Part shown: positions 1-9,070 of the stretch, in pieces
How positions within the stretch are numbered: position 1 is the first letter of the stretch
How the letters are laid out: each line of letters begins with the position of its first letter
IMG/VR virus record: IMGVR_UViG_3300028767_000027
Coordinates: 1 to 54,877 of that record
DNA from: a virus
Taxonomy: Duplodnaviria; Caudoviricetes
Direction: 5' to 3' (one strand)
Length of the DNA: 54,877 nt
Notes under the pieces: model-generated
Seen by the model: only the letters and a program-made list of their open reading frames with translations
The model's database searches: none
What the model was told of the DNA's origin: nothing
Position numbers and translations under genes: made by a program

Positions 1-43
1 GTGCAATGTACGTATAATCTATAAACAAACTAAAACATTTATC

Positions 44-397
44 ATGCAAAAGATTTTTTTCGTTCCAGTGTTCACATTAGCTGAGGTGACTGAATTTGAT
101 ATGGTTGGTTGTTTCTATCGTGAGTATGTCAATGCACACGACGACTACCCAGATAAAATCATTGCAGCCGTAGACGTTACGGAAATGGGCGACACTTTTA
201 TGTTAGAGATTATGAAAGTAATTGATGATCTCGATGATCGCACACCAACATTTTATGTTGATATCCCACCTACCAACGGCGGCGACGAATGGACAAATGT
301 CGAATCGTTCAAAGAAAAGCCATTGGCAATTGCTTATGCTAAAGAGCACTTCGGCGCAGATGAAAACGGAATGATCTGTATTGTAAGCCAATCATGA
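44..397 (+). CDS. hypothetical protein
   Basis: 117-aa ORF after CGTATAA promoter half (11-17) and A-rich leader. Confidence 0.75.
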   Translation: MQKIFFVPVFTLAEVTEFDMVGCFYREYVNAHDDYPDKIIAAVDVTEMGDTFMLEIMKVIDDLDDRTPTFYVDIPPTNGGDEWTNVESFKEKPLAIAYAKEHFGADENGMICIVSQS

Positions 398-558
398 AAC
401 AAAAGCTAATCGACGCAGTTATAGCACAATTGGTAATAGATATCATAGAGGGTGACTATACAGTTCTGAATGAACTATTACAGGACGTTGAGTCTATGGA
501 CTTAATTCAAGCTTTGCCCGAATCTGATCAGGGCGAATATGTTAAGAATTTGTTGTAA
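394..558 (+). CDS. small acidic hypothetical protein (54 aa, MKQKLIDAVIAQL...)
   Basis: ATGA overlap with upstream stop; translated by hand; stop lies within the next promoter. Confidence 0.65.
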   Translation: MKQKLIDAVIAQLVIDIIEGDYTVLNELLQDVESMDLIQALPESDQGEYVKNLL

Positions 559-609
559 CCTTTTCTTCTGGCTATCGTATAATCTTAGACAAACACTAAA
601 ACATTTATC

Positions 610-963
610 ATGGAAAACACAAACGTTGTAGGCAATGTACTGGATTTGAAAACTGCCGTATGCAGAGAATTTGATGTCAATGAATTACATCTGACCATTG
701 TACGTGGTGCTGGTCAATGGGCTTGGACTTGGGGCTATGTTAAAGCTGTTCAGGCTGTTAAGAACAAAGCATTGCGTTTCACTGTCACTGGTCGCAAGCA
801 TAAAGGTTGGGTCTACATTGTACTAAACGGTTTGGACTTGTTTGATATCTATTACACCAGTAAGCAAGATAAGATTAAAAAGGTTGAGAATGACATTTAT
901 ATCGAAGACCTGATCAATACGCTTGACATTTCAATTGAAAGGATTGCGGCATATAAGAGCTAA
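610..963 (+). CDS. hypothetical protein
   Basis: 117-aa ORF behind promoter at 554. Confidence 0.8.
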   Translation: MENTNVVGNVLDLKTAVCREFDVNELHLTIVRGAGQWAWTWGYVKAVQAVKNKALRFTVTGRKHKGWVYIVLNGLDLFDIYYTSKQDKIKKVENDIYIEDLINTLDISIERIAAYKS

Positions 964-964
964 T

Positions 965-1013
965 AAGGTTGCAGGCATTGTACGAAGATAATACACAATG
1001 CCTGTAACCTTTT
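965..1013 (+). terminator. intrinsic terminator whose 3' arm is the -35 box of the next promoter
   Basis: AAGGTTGCAGGCATTGT...ACAATGCCTGTAACCTT 17-bp stem followed by T tract. Confidence 0.75.
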
Positions 1014-1057
1014 CCAGTTTCTAACGTATAATCTATAAACAATTAAAGATTCTTATT

Positions 1058-1609
1058 ATGGTAATCTCGAAGGAAGAAAAGTTTGCGACTGAAATGGCTG
1101 ACCAGCTATTAGTAATGCGTGGCGAAGACGGCTACATTAGTTTCATGACAGATAAAGGCAATATAGTTCCGCTATCATTCATTGAAACCATTCTGGGGGA
1201 TCAAGAACATGTTGATAATATTAAGAAAAAGATTCACGACGAAATCCTAGGTCATGTTATTGAGTTCCCTAGAGAGTTCAAAACCTGTATAAATGCTCAG
1301 GGTACACGTGAATTTTGCTATTCATCCGATATCTACGACTATGCCACAAATATCGAAGAATACATTGAAGGTCAGTACGACGATCTGATTAAAGCAACCG
1401 AGGCATTCGATGAAGCAACCAAATCCAAAGCAAGGCAAGGTCGCCTACAGATCAACTACAGGGTTGTAGTGTCTATCGAAAGAGTTGAATACGACCCAGA
1501 AACTGGCGAATCAGCAATGTTCGAGGAATCTCGTTCCATCGTAAGTATTGTATCAGAGCTTAATACTGCTGATCAGGTAAAATATGATTTAGTAACCAAA
1601 TACGTTTAA
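1058..1609 (+). CDS. hypothetical protein
   Basis: 183-aa ORF behind promoter at 1003. Confidence 0.8.
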   Translation: MVISKEEKFATEMADQLLVMRGEDGYISFMTDKGNIVPLSFIETILGDQEHVDNIKKKIHDEILGHVIEFPREFKTCINAQGTREFCYSSDIYDYATNIEEYIEGQYDDLIKATEAFDEATKSKARQGRLQINYRVVVSIERVEYDPETGESAMFEESRSIVSIVSELNTADQVKYDLVTKYV

Positions 1610-1614
1610 TAGTC

Positions 1615-2055
1615 ATGATCGAAAAATTCTCATTGCTCCATGCAGCATTGTACTCCAAACATTGGTATGAAAAATATAGTGGCAAAAATACAATCTGGGA
1701 CGATCTTAAGAAGACAATGTCCGCTGATGGCTATAATGGCGAACATATGACCAAAGGTGACATTGTCCAAGTGATGCTACACCAGTGCCAGCTTATTAAT
1801 CATAGGGCTGTCACTGACCTTACAGAATTCGTTTCAGGTATATCTAAAGAAGGCTGCTGGCGACATGGCTACTTTACAAAAGATAACACACCATTCCAGC
1901 ATAAAAATGAAGTGCTCGAAGAATATGATTTCTATGAAGCCATTGTACGATACTGTTTATCATCCATCTGCATGTTATCAGCCGAAGAACTTGGAGGCGT
2001 TGTATTGCCAGCACCTGACTATATAAATGTATTGCCAATGCGTATTGACATTTAG
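1615..2055 (+). CDS. hypothetical protein
   Basis: 146-aa ORF, operonic spacing. Confidence 0.75.
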   Translation: MIEKFSLLHAALYSKHWYEKYSGKNTIWDDLKKTMSADGYNGEHMTKGDIVQVMLHQCQLINHRAVTDLTEFVSGISKEGCWRHGYFTKDNTPFQHKNEVLEEYDFYEAIVRYCLSSICMLSAEELGGVVLPAPDYINVLPMRIDI

Positions 2056-2125
2056 AATGAGTCTTTGCTTAGATTCGTAACAAAATAGGATTGTTAACGT
2101 ATAATCAATAAACAAAAACATTATC

Positions 2126-2647
2126 ATGAATTTAAAAGTTGAATTGAAAAAGGTTTCCACGTTCCAAGGACATGACGGCATTGGCTTTAATGCTGATCTA
2201 TGGATTAACGGCATAGAGTGCGCACATGTACATGACGGTGCATACGGCGGCTGCATGGACTACACATACAATCTGTATAACAATGCCAAGGCAGAGGCTG
2301 TAAAGAAGAACATCAAACTGTTCGAAGACCATATCAAGACTATGCCTGATATCATTTTTCATCGTAAAGATGGCGAAGACATGGTTATCAAAATGGATAT
2401 GGATCAATACATTGAAGGGCTACTGGCTGCTGATTCCAAGAAGAAAGACCAAAGGAAGATCATCAGGAATCAGGCGAACCATTTCATCTTTGGCTTACCA
2501 GACGCTGACAGCTACAACCAGATTAAGCTTTCAGTTCCAATCGCTAAGTGCCCAGAGGCTCAACTGAGGGCTAGCATGCTAAGGATCATGGCTGAGCACT
2601 TCAAACAGGGCTACGTATTTTTTAACACAAACCTTCCCAAAATTTAA
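2126..2647 (+). CDS. hypothetical protein
   Basis: 173-aa ORF behind variant promoter CGTAAC-N16-CGTATAA at 2076. Confidence 0.8.
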   Translation: MNLKVELKKVSTFQGHDGIGFNADLWINGIECAHVHDGAYGGCMDYTYNLYNNAKAEAVKKNIKLFEDHIKTMPDIIFHRKDGEDMVIKMDMDQYIEGLLAADSKKKDQRKIIRNQANHFIFGLPDADSYNQIKLSVPIAKCPEAQLRASMLRIMAEHFKQGYVFFNTNLPKI

Positions 2648-2649
2648 TT

Positions 2650-3330
2650 ATGGCATACTATTACAAGATTCAAGCTTTAAGAGCTGTTATTGAAGACCTT
2701 ATAGAAAAAGGCAATAAGAAAACAAACATCTGCTATAAGATAGGCTACACATCAACGTCTCAATTGAATAATGTCCTTAGTGGCAAATCAATAATGTCAA
2801 CAAAAGCTATCCAAGGATTATTCAAAGCTTACAATGTGAACCCAACATATTTCTTCTCTGGCGCAGGTGCAATGTACATCAACCAGATCGAGCCAGCACC
2901 ATTCATGGAACTTACGCCTTCTGTTGAGGGTTATACCATCACCGAAAAAGAAGTTGAAAGCATTTTCCAGCAGCTGTCTCGCCTACATTCTTATGGCTTT
3001 AGCATTGCGACGATCCTAGCTGGGGACGACAATGACTACATTAAAGGCATGAACATCGGTAATAGTATTTCTGAAATGCATGAATCAATCAAAGCCATCG
3101 ATGAAGATATCAAAGCAGCACTGGCACGTGGCATCATCAAACCAGTGGAAGCTGCTGAACAGAAGATGATTGTCAGTGAGTCAGCTGAGAAATGGACAGA
3201 AGAAATAATGAATAGCTGTAGGAAGAGAATCCTTGATAGGGCAATGGATGATACCGAAGAGAAGTTCTACGAAGAGAAGCATCGTAGAACAGTCGATGAT
3301 AATAATAATGTCATTCATCATGATCATTGA
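2650..3330 (+). CDS. XRE-type helix-turn-helix protein with C-terminal extension
   Basis: ICYKIGYTSTSQLNNVLSGK...YNVNPTYFFSGAGAM resembles the Cro/CI-like HTH plus 'VNPxWLLTGxGxM' pattern. Confidence 0.65.
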   Translation: MAYYYKIQALRAVIEDLIEKGNKKTNICYKIGYTSTSQLNNVLSGKSIMSTKAIQGLFKAYNVNPTYFFSGAGAMYINQIEPAPFMELTPSVEGYTITEKEVESIFQQLSRLHSYGFSIATILAGDDNDYIKGMNIGNSISEMHESIKAIDEDIKAALARGIIKPVEAAEQKMIVSESAEKWTEEIMNSCRKRILDRAMDDTEEKFYEEKHRRTVDDNNNVIHHDH

Positions 3331-3347
3331 TAGGTAACATAATATTA

Positions 3348-3386
3348 AAAGCCCTGAGATCAGTTAAGTTCTCAGGGCTTTCTTTT
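3348..3386. terminator. bidirectional intrinsic terminator between convergent genes
   Basis: AAAGCCCTGAGA-loop-TCTCAGGGCTTT with A/T tracts on both sides. Confidence 0.85.
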
Positions 3387-3406
3387 GGTAACTATATAAA
3401 GGATGC

Positions 3407-3979
3407 TTAGTTCGTCCACACTAGATTGCCAATTTCTTCGGCAATTATTTTCTTCAAATTCATTTGGTTTTCTACCAGAGAAACACTACCTTTGTCGGCT
3501 CGATATATGTTAAACACAATGTCCGATGGCATATGCTTTCTTATGTTAAGGTAGGCTTGTATGTCCTTATCCCTATCATCATATACATCTATCTGTTGCA
3601 AGTCTTGCTCCCATCTAAGAAAATCAAATATCTTTTCTCCTTTGTCAACATTGTTATCATTCATGATAATGCCGTCAACCAGAATATTATTCTTATGTAA
3701 AACTTTCTCCAACTCTGGACGAAGCTCCTCAACTCTACTGGTTAATATAATAACCATTGTACGAGGATCAGCATACTCTTTGGTTAATATACTAACCATA
3801 CCATTGTACGGCTTTATGTTAAACACATCTGTGTCCAAGGAAGCTGGAGAACTCCACCATCCCTTCTGAGGAAATTCCTTCCCTGTCTTCTGCTTATAGA
3901 TTGCCATGCCTTCTTCTGGCTCTGGCGTAGCAAACAATGTTTTATCAAAGTCGAATGCTACTAATTTTGTTATGACCAT
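3407..3979 (-). CDS. HAD-superfamily phosphatase, Swiss-Army-Knife RNA-repair-like
   Basis: motif I FDFDKTLF, WWSSPASL, motif II LTSR, K, motif IV YDDRDKD; C-terminal LKKIIAEEI tag. Confidence 0.75.
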   Translation of the reverse strand: MVITKLVAFDFDKTLFATPEPEEGMAIYKQKTGKEFPQKGWWSSPASLDTDVFNIKPYNGMVSILTKEYADPRTMVIILTSRVEELRPELEKVLHKNNILVDGIIMNDNNVDKGEKIFDFLRWEQDLQQIDVYDDRDKDIQAYLNIRKHMPSDIVFNIYRADKGSVSLVENQMNLKKIIAEEIGNLVWTN

Positions 3980-4054
3980 TGTACATGTTTAATAATAAAT
4001 AGTAGCAATGTACGTTTAGTATTACTACCATTGTACGAGCCTTATCCAACACCA

Positions 4055-4086
4055 CAAAGATAGGCATAACAAATGACACTGCCAAA
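4055..4086 (-). promoter_or_regulatory. Bacteroidota housekeeping-sigma promoter (-33 TTTG / -7 TATCTTTG)
   Basis: reverse complement reads TTTGGCAG...TATCTTTG, pointing to the HAD gene. Confidence 0.7.
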
Positions 4087-4167
4087 TAAAATCAATAAAT
4101 AATTTCATTTATTTTTGTAACCTTTTATAAATCTATACGTATAATCAATAAATAATACGATATCAAT

Positions 4168-4518
4168 ATGAGAGCATTTTTACCTACAGATTATAAAGCT
4201 AAGCTGCTCGGAATTAAATCTGGCGACAAGGTGTCATGTGATAACGCATTATTAATCTGCTCCGAACTTGAATATTATTACCTGCAAGAGATCAGGAGAA
4301 TGCAAGAAGAAACAAAAGCTGACACCTTAAGACTTAATAAGGTACTTCAAAATGCTATTAATGCCCTTGACAGAATTAATCAGAAACACGTGTTCACTCA
4401 TACAGACGGCGACGGCGGTGAACTGCCTGAATGCTATTGGGGTATGATGCGTAAATTGGGCGACGTTAATAAAGACTCTAAAGACTATGACGATTTCTTT
4501 CACGGAGAGAAAAAATAA
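4168..4518 (+). CDS. hypothetical protein
   Basis: 116-aa ORF behind promoter at 4116. Confidence 0.75.
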   Translation: MRAFLPTDYKAKLLGIKSGDKVSCDNALLICSELEYYYLQEIRRMQEETKADTLRLNKVLQNAINALDRINQKHVFTHTDGDGGELPECYWGMMRKLGDVNKDSKDYDDFFHGEKK

Positions 4519-4582
4519 ATCAACATTTCTGTAACATTTAATAAGTTTCTACGTATAAGTAACAAATAAATATATTTCAAAT

Positions 4583-5608
4583 ATGAAAGATAAACAATTC
4601 AATCCACTTGACCCAACCAATTGGCTAAACCAAAATGCTTCTGGTAACACTGTCGCTCCCAATAAACGTACTGTAGATGAAATCTATATCGACGTTTTGA
4701 AGACCAAAAAATTAAATAGGAAAATCGCTAAGCTCGAATACAAAGCTGGCTTCTTTGAATTCCGTAACGGCTTCGTAGAAGCTGCTGGTAAACGCCTGAT
4801 TAGGGCTATCGAACTCGACCCTACCATCAAACACAAATACAAATTCAATGGCGAAACCCTGCTCTTAGCTGACCAGAAAACTGCTGACAAAGTATTTGCC
4901 AATAAAGACGTTACCATCAATGGCATCTTCGATGCTAAAAATATGAAACCTGTCGATCAGTCTGAGGTTAAACGTGACTCAAAAAAATATGATGTCCCGT
5001 CTAATAATCAATTTGTAGGAGCTAAATCGAAATTCCAAAAGGATCTTGAAGATGCATTAAATAATATCAAACCAGCCAAATCAAAATTCCAACAGCAACT
5101 CGAAGATGCATACGCTTTGCGTGATAAAAGTATCAGTGAGAAAAAAGCCGCCGCAAAAGAAGTAACTTCACCAACCGAAGTATCTCCGCTAAAAGCTTCT
5201 CGTCCATCAAAGAACTTCAAAGATATTGATGTCCCAGAACGTGACGATTTGTTCGTCAATACCTTCCGCAGTGTTGACGCTGACGACCTGTTCAACGTTG
5301 GTATGAATGACTCCTTTGAATTATTGTTGCTCGAAATCGAAGCTATGGCTAATGCTCTTGAAAAAAAGAACGTTTCCAAAAACTTCAATGCTCCTGTCAA
5401 TAAAGAAGCCACTCGTAAACAAGTTGACGGCATCAGAAAAATTCTTACTGACGAGGAACACGACACCGTCACCAAAGACATGATCAAAAACATGCCGAAT
5501 CGCAAACATGCTCAAATGCTAAATAATGCCTTATTTGACAAATACGATAAACGTATCGTTCTATCAGACGAGGACATTAAACAGCTTCTTAAAATCTTGA
5601 ACGCATAA
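4583..5608 (+). CDS. hypothetical Lys-rich protein with tandem KSKFQxxLEDA repeat
   Basis: 341-aa ORF behind promoter at 4530; last gene before the long non-coding region. Confidence 0.8.
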   Translation: MKDKQFNPLDPTNWLNQNASGNTVAPNKRTVDEIYIDVLKTKKLNRKIAKLEYKAGFFEFRNGFVEAAGKRLIRAIELDPTIKHKYKFNGETLLLADQKTADKVFANKDVTINGIFDAKNMKPVDQSEVKRDSKKYDVPSNNQFVGAKSKFQKDLEDALNNIKPAKSKFQQQLEDAYALRDKSISEKKAAAKEVTSPTEVSPLKASRPSKNFKDIDVPERDDLFVNTFRSVDADDLFNVGMNDSFELLLLEIEAMANALEKKNVSKNFNAPVNKEATRKQVDGIRKILTDEEHDTVTKDMIKNMPNRKHAQMLNNALFDKYDKRIVLSDEDIKQLLKILNA

Positions 5609-5613
5609 AACAA

Positions 5614-5650
5614 AATAATTACAGGGGTCAAATAGGTCTCTGTAATTATT
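5614..5650 (+). terminator. hairpin terminator
   Basis: AATAATTACAGGG...CTCTGTAATTATT inverted repeat just after the stop. Confidence 0.6.
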
Positions 5651-6212
5651 ATTATATTCATTATAAGCGTTTTATAAATTCGACCTTGTGCAAATACAGG
5701 TCATTAGTGCCCTTATCTGACCCGTTTTTTAGGCGTTAAACCCTACAGATTTTCTAATGACCTGTTTTTGAACATAATAACTTTTATAAATTAAATCTCC
5801 TATAGGGGTCTAAGAGGTTAAAACCGTTCTTATCGAATAATTTCTATGGTTATCTAAGACGATCCTTATGTTAATCAGTCATTTTTTATAAAATATTATA
5901 ATTATGATTTACAGAAAAAAATTCGGAAGCGGTCACACGCATGTGGGGGCGACAAGCGCACCAAAAACGATCATTTTTAGCCATTATTAGATATTTAGAC
6001 AAACGTCTAATTAATCTCTCTACTTTTCAGCGTTTAACTTATTGATTATCAATCTTTCCTTTTTTCGGCTTTGATTAGGTTTATCAAACCATTTTGTGAC
6101 TATAAGTATAGTTAAGGAACATATAAAACCCATATAAAGGAATGGTTAGAAAATGGTCGAATAAATGATCATAATCTGATCGAAAAATAAGACCCTATCC
6201 ACAGATTTTTGC

Positions 6213-6264
6213 TTGCATTATTTGATTATAATATATACTTTTGTGTCGATCATCTAATTGATCT
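6213..6264 (+). promoter_or_regulatory. Bacteroidota sigma-A promoter plus GATCA-N6-TGATC element
   Basis: TTGC at 6213, TACTTTTG at 6236, CGATCATCTAATTGATCT at 6247. Confidence 0.65.
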
Positions 6265-6270
6265 TAATAT

Positions 6271-6528
6271 ATGGATATAAAAGAGCTGGGTAGTTTAGTT
6301 TTTTATAAGATGGAAAACTATCATCAGATTACAATTGATTTGGTTGATGATGCCGAGAGTATTTTAACTGAGGATGATTTAACATTGGAGAGAGTGTGTG
6401 CATTGAGTTATGTTGTTTCAATCTTGTCAGAGGTTTTTAATCCTGAGTTTAAAGATGATATTGACATTATTAATAAATTGAAAATAGAATTAGATACCAT
6501 AATAGCAACAAATAAATACACATGTTAA
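6271..6528 (+). CDS. hypothetical protein
   Basis: 85-aa ORF. Confidence 0.7.
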   Translation: MDIKELGSLVFYKMENYHQITIDLVDDAESILTEDDLTLERVCALSYVVSILSEVFNPEFKDDIDIINKLKIELDTIIATNKYTC

Positions 6529-6532
6529 TCTT

Positions 6533-6742
6533 ATGGTACATATTGAGAAGCCAAAGGTTTTCAATCCGTATGAATTAGATATAACCATTGATAATGTGGA
6601 TTCACGCATAGGGTATTTTAAATTAAAAAACCAATATGTGAATGAGTTGTTCTATGGCTATATTACTGTCACGGAGTTCATGGAGAAAATGAATATTTTG
6701 TATCAAAAGGAGTTCAGATATTTTGATAAAGATATGGAATAG
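6533..6742 (+). CDS. hypothetical protein, paralog of the C-terminal half of 10989..11348
   Basis: shared FNP...GY(F/Y)KLK.QY.NELFYG(Y/F)ITV.EF. Confidence 0.75.
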   Translation: MVHIEKPKVFNPYELDITIDNVDSRIGYFKLKNQYVNELFYGYITVTEFMEKMNILYQKEFRYFDKDME

Positions 6743-6835
6743 GTTTTTTAATTAAAACCATATAATATTGAAAAGGTTATGGATTATTCTGTAACCTTTT
6801 TTGTTATCTTACGTATAAAGAAATAAAGAACTGTC

Positions 6836-7087
6836 ATGAATAGGAAATTACACAATACACCCGAAGATCGTTTATATTTAAGTGAATTGATTGCAGATGG
6901 TAAATTACCATTGGCTACATTTGAGATAGGTGTATTCACATCTATGTTGGCTGATGGCTTTAAGGTTATAACACATTTCGGTAAAGTCACTTCAATTGAT
7001 CTTGAAAATGGCTACTGCTATTGGGTATCAGCTGGCAATGAAATGCCATGTGTTTGTATCAATGTGATTACATTGATAAATCCGTAA
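6836..7087 (+). CDS. hypothetical protein
   Basis: 83-aa ORF behind promoter at 6790. Confidence 0.7.
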   Translation: MNRKLHNTPEDRLYLSELIADGKLPLATFEIGVFTSMLADGFKVITHFGKVTSIDLENGYCYWVSAGNEMPCVCINVITLINP

Positions 7088-7126
7088 CCTTTTGTTTTGA
7101 TTTACGTATAACATAGAAAATATAAC

Positions 7127-7414
7127 ATGGAAAAGATATTCACAACTGAGTTTTTGAAAGAGATTGGTTTCACATTGGTTTATGAGAAGATCAGTGAGTT
7201 CAAGCCTAATTTGCCTTATGGCTGTGCTAAGGACAGAATTGGTATGACGCATATCTATTGGAATGAAGATGGTCACTCTGTCACTTACTTCGGCGAACCG
7301 TTAGAACCAAATATCTCCATGAGTATTCGTAAAGATGCTGATACCCGATATGCTTTCAATGGTTATGTTTTTAATCAAGATGATGTTCGTAGGCTGTTAA
7401 AGCTAAGTTATTAA
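7127..7414 (+). CDS. hypothetical protein
   Basis: 95-aa ORF behind promoter at 7083. Confidence 0.75.
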   Translation: MEKIFTTEFLKEIGFTLVYEKISEFKPNLPYGCAKDRIGMTHIYWNEDGHSVTYFGEPLEPNISMSIRKDADTRYAFNGYVFNQDDVRRLLKLSY

Positions 7415-7651
7415 TTATGAAATATTTATTTATCGGTTTGTGGCATTTGTTCTGTTTGTTTATTCTGGTTGTGGATATGTTCTTGTATGGGAATTCAAAT
7501 TTACTAAGTATACATGGATAGATTGGCATTTTACGGCATGGACGCAATATGATTTCACTCCTTGGGACACATATCATCGGTGGATTGATTAAATATTTAC
7601 TTTTTTGTAACCTTTCGTTTTTAATTACGTATAATATAGAAAATATATATC

Positions 7652-8062
7652 ATGGATGAATTATTTGTATCATTTGAGTTGGCTTTGAAATTGAATAAAT
7701 ACTTTGACGAAAAGACCTTTAGGGTTTACGACCTTCAAGGATATTTCCAAGATGAAAAAGTCATGGAATCAATGGGATTGACGGCAGTTAAAGCTCCGAC
7801 CTATTCGCAGGTGATTGACTGGTTCAGATTAAAATATGATCAACATATCGTTATCGCACCATATTACAATCCTTTCTTCACAGAGACGATATACTATGAT
7901 GTGGCTATAGCCAATAGGGATAACTCGTATGAGGGATTGGTGACAAACTCTATAAACAGGATGGGCGAGAAATGGCTAAAAAATCCGCATGCGTTTCATC
8001 TATATGAGGATTATTATGTTGCTTTGGATGCTATCATCAACGAAGCTTTAGAACAGATTTAA
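7652..8062 (+). CDS. paralog family A member (FVSxELALKL...APTYxQVxDWFR...YYxAL...EAL)
   Basis: motif identity with 14460, 17156 and 19645 ORFs. Confidence 0.8.
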   Translation: MDELFVSFELALKLNKYFDEKTFRVYDLQGYFQDEKVMESMGLTAVKAPTYSQVIDWFRLKYDQHIVIAPYYNPFFTETIYYDVAIANRDNSYEGLVTNSINRMGEKWLKNPHAFHLYEDYYVALDAIINEALEQI

Positions 8063-8072
8063 ATTAAAAACG

Positions 8073-8153
8073 ATGGAAGTATTATTTGTTACTTATGTGT
8101 TGGCTAAGAAGCTAAAGGAAAAGGGTTTTGATTTAAGACACTTGAAACAATGA
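8073..8153 (+). pseudogene. truncated family A N-terminus (MEVLFVTYVLAKKLKEKGFDLRHLKQ*)
   Basis: 26-codon remnant matching the family N-terminal motif; stop overlaps next ATG. Confidence 0.6.
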
Positions 8154-8620
8154 TAAAAATTGTTCAGGATTTAAGAACTGAAAATACTCAATTCCGTCAG
8201 GATATTAAGACACAGGTTGAGACTATCAATACAAAAGCCAATAAAACATTTCTACCAGTTACCTTAGAACAGGATATTTTAAAGACTGCTCAACAAGCTA
8301 TTGGCGAAAGTATTTCGAAAGTAATGACAGGCTATGACAGCCCATTGGTTAAGCTGGTTAAGTCAGTTGTCGATGAAAATTCGACTACATTAAGGATAAT
8401 CATATCCGAGAGCTTTAAACAGGTGATATTAACTGACGAGTTTAAGCAATCCATTGTGTCTGCATTTTCTCATAAGGTAGCCAGAACGATCATATCCAAC
8501 AATGATGGATTATTCGATAAGGTCAGCAATGAGTTGAAACAGGATTCAGTGTTCAAAGCAAGAATGGCAATGGCTGTTTCAAATGTTGTTGAAGAATGCT
8601 TAAGAGATAGAGAATCATGA
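8150..8620 (+). CDS. hypothetical helical protein
   Basis: 156-aa ORF. Confidence 0.75.
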   Translation: MIKIVQDLRTENTQFRQDIKTQVETINTKANKTFLPVTLEQDILKTAQQAIGESISKVMTGYDSPLVKLVKSVVDENSTTLRIIISESFKQVILTDEFKQSIVSAFSHKVARTIISNNDGLFDKVSNELKQDSVFKARMAMAVSNVVEECLRDRES

Positions 8621-8826
8621 GAATAAGATTAAAATGGTGGAAGATTAAAGTTAATGAAAGCGGATATCAGCATATAATATTACTGGCTTTTAGTCGTGGA
8701 CTTGATGGTATATTGATTCAACTGCCATTTTGCAGGGTTGAGATCACATGGGGCGATGCTTTATTAAAGCAAAAAGAGGAAGAGAGATTAAAGGTAAATG
8801 GTTCTTCTGTTGAGGACAAACAATAG
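8617..8826 (+). CDS. hypothetical protein
   Basis: 69-aa ORF with ATGA overlap. Confidence 0.6.
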   Translation: MRIRLKWWKIKVNESGYQHIILLAFSRGLDGILIQLPFCRVEITWGDALLKQKEEERLKVNGSSVEDKQ

Positions 8827-9070
8827 CGTAATCGGTGAGTTAACACCCACAAGGGATGGCGTACTATCCTAAGCTATAGTCCACTAAGGGGCGTTGTTTG
8901 TTATTCAGGCATTAGTAATATAAAACATTGGGGTTTTAGCCCAAGAGTTGATATGAAGGTGTATCATTACTTAGAAATGATAAGAAGAATTATAGAGGTT
9001 ATGGAAGATACTTGTTATTTTCTGTAACCTTTTTTATTTTATTACGTATAACGAAGAAACAATTTACTCT

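Larger units (their letters stand above)
5609..6270. other. 660-bp non-coding region, candidate replication origin or genome-end junction
   Basis: C>G on the left, G>C on the right with unchanged gene orientation; repeated TTTTATAAA; 12-bp inverted repeat 5696-5707/5754-5765; near-DnaA box CTATCCACA at 6195. Confidence 0.5.

Noticed and set aside
5008-5505. Minus-strand ORFs of 60-165 aa nested in + strand genes (e.g. 5008-5505, 37631-38056, 45417-45833)
   Set aside because: Antisense shadows with atypical composition and no promoter or leader.
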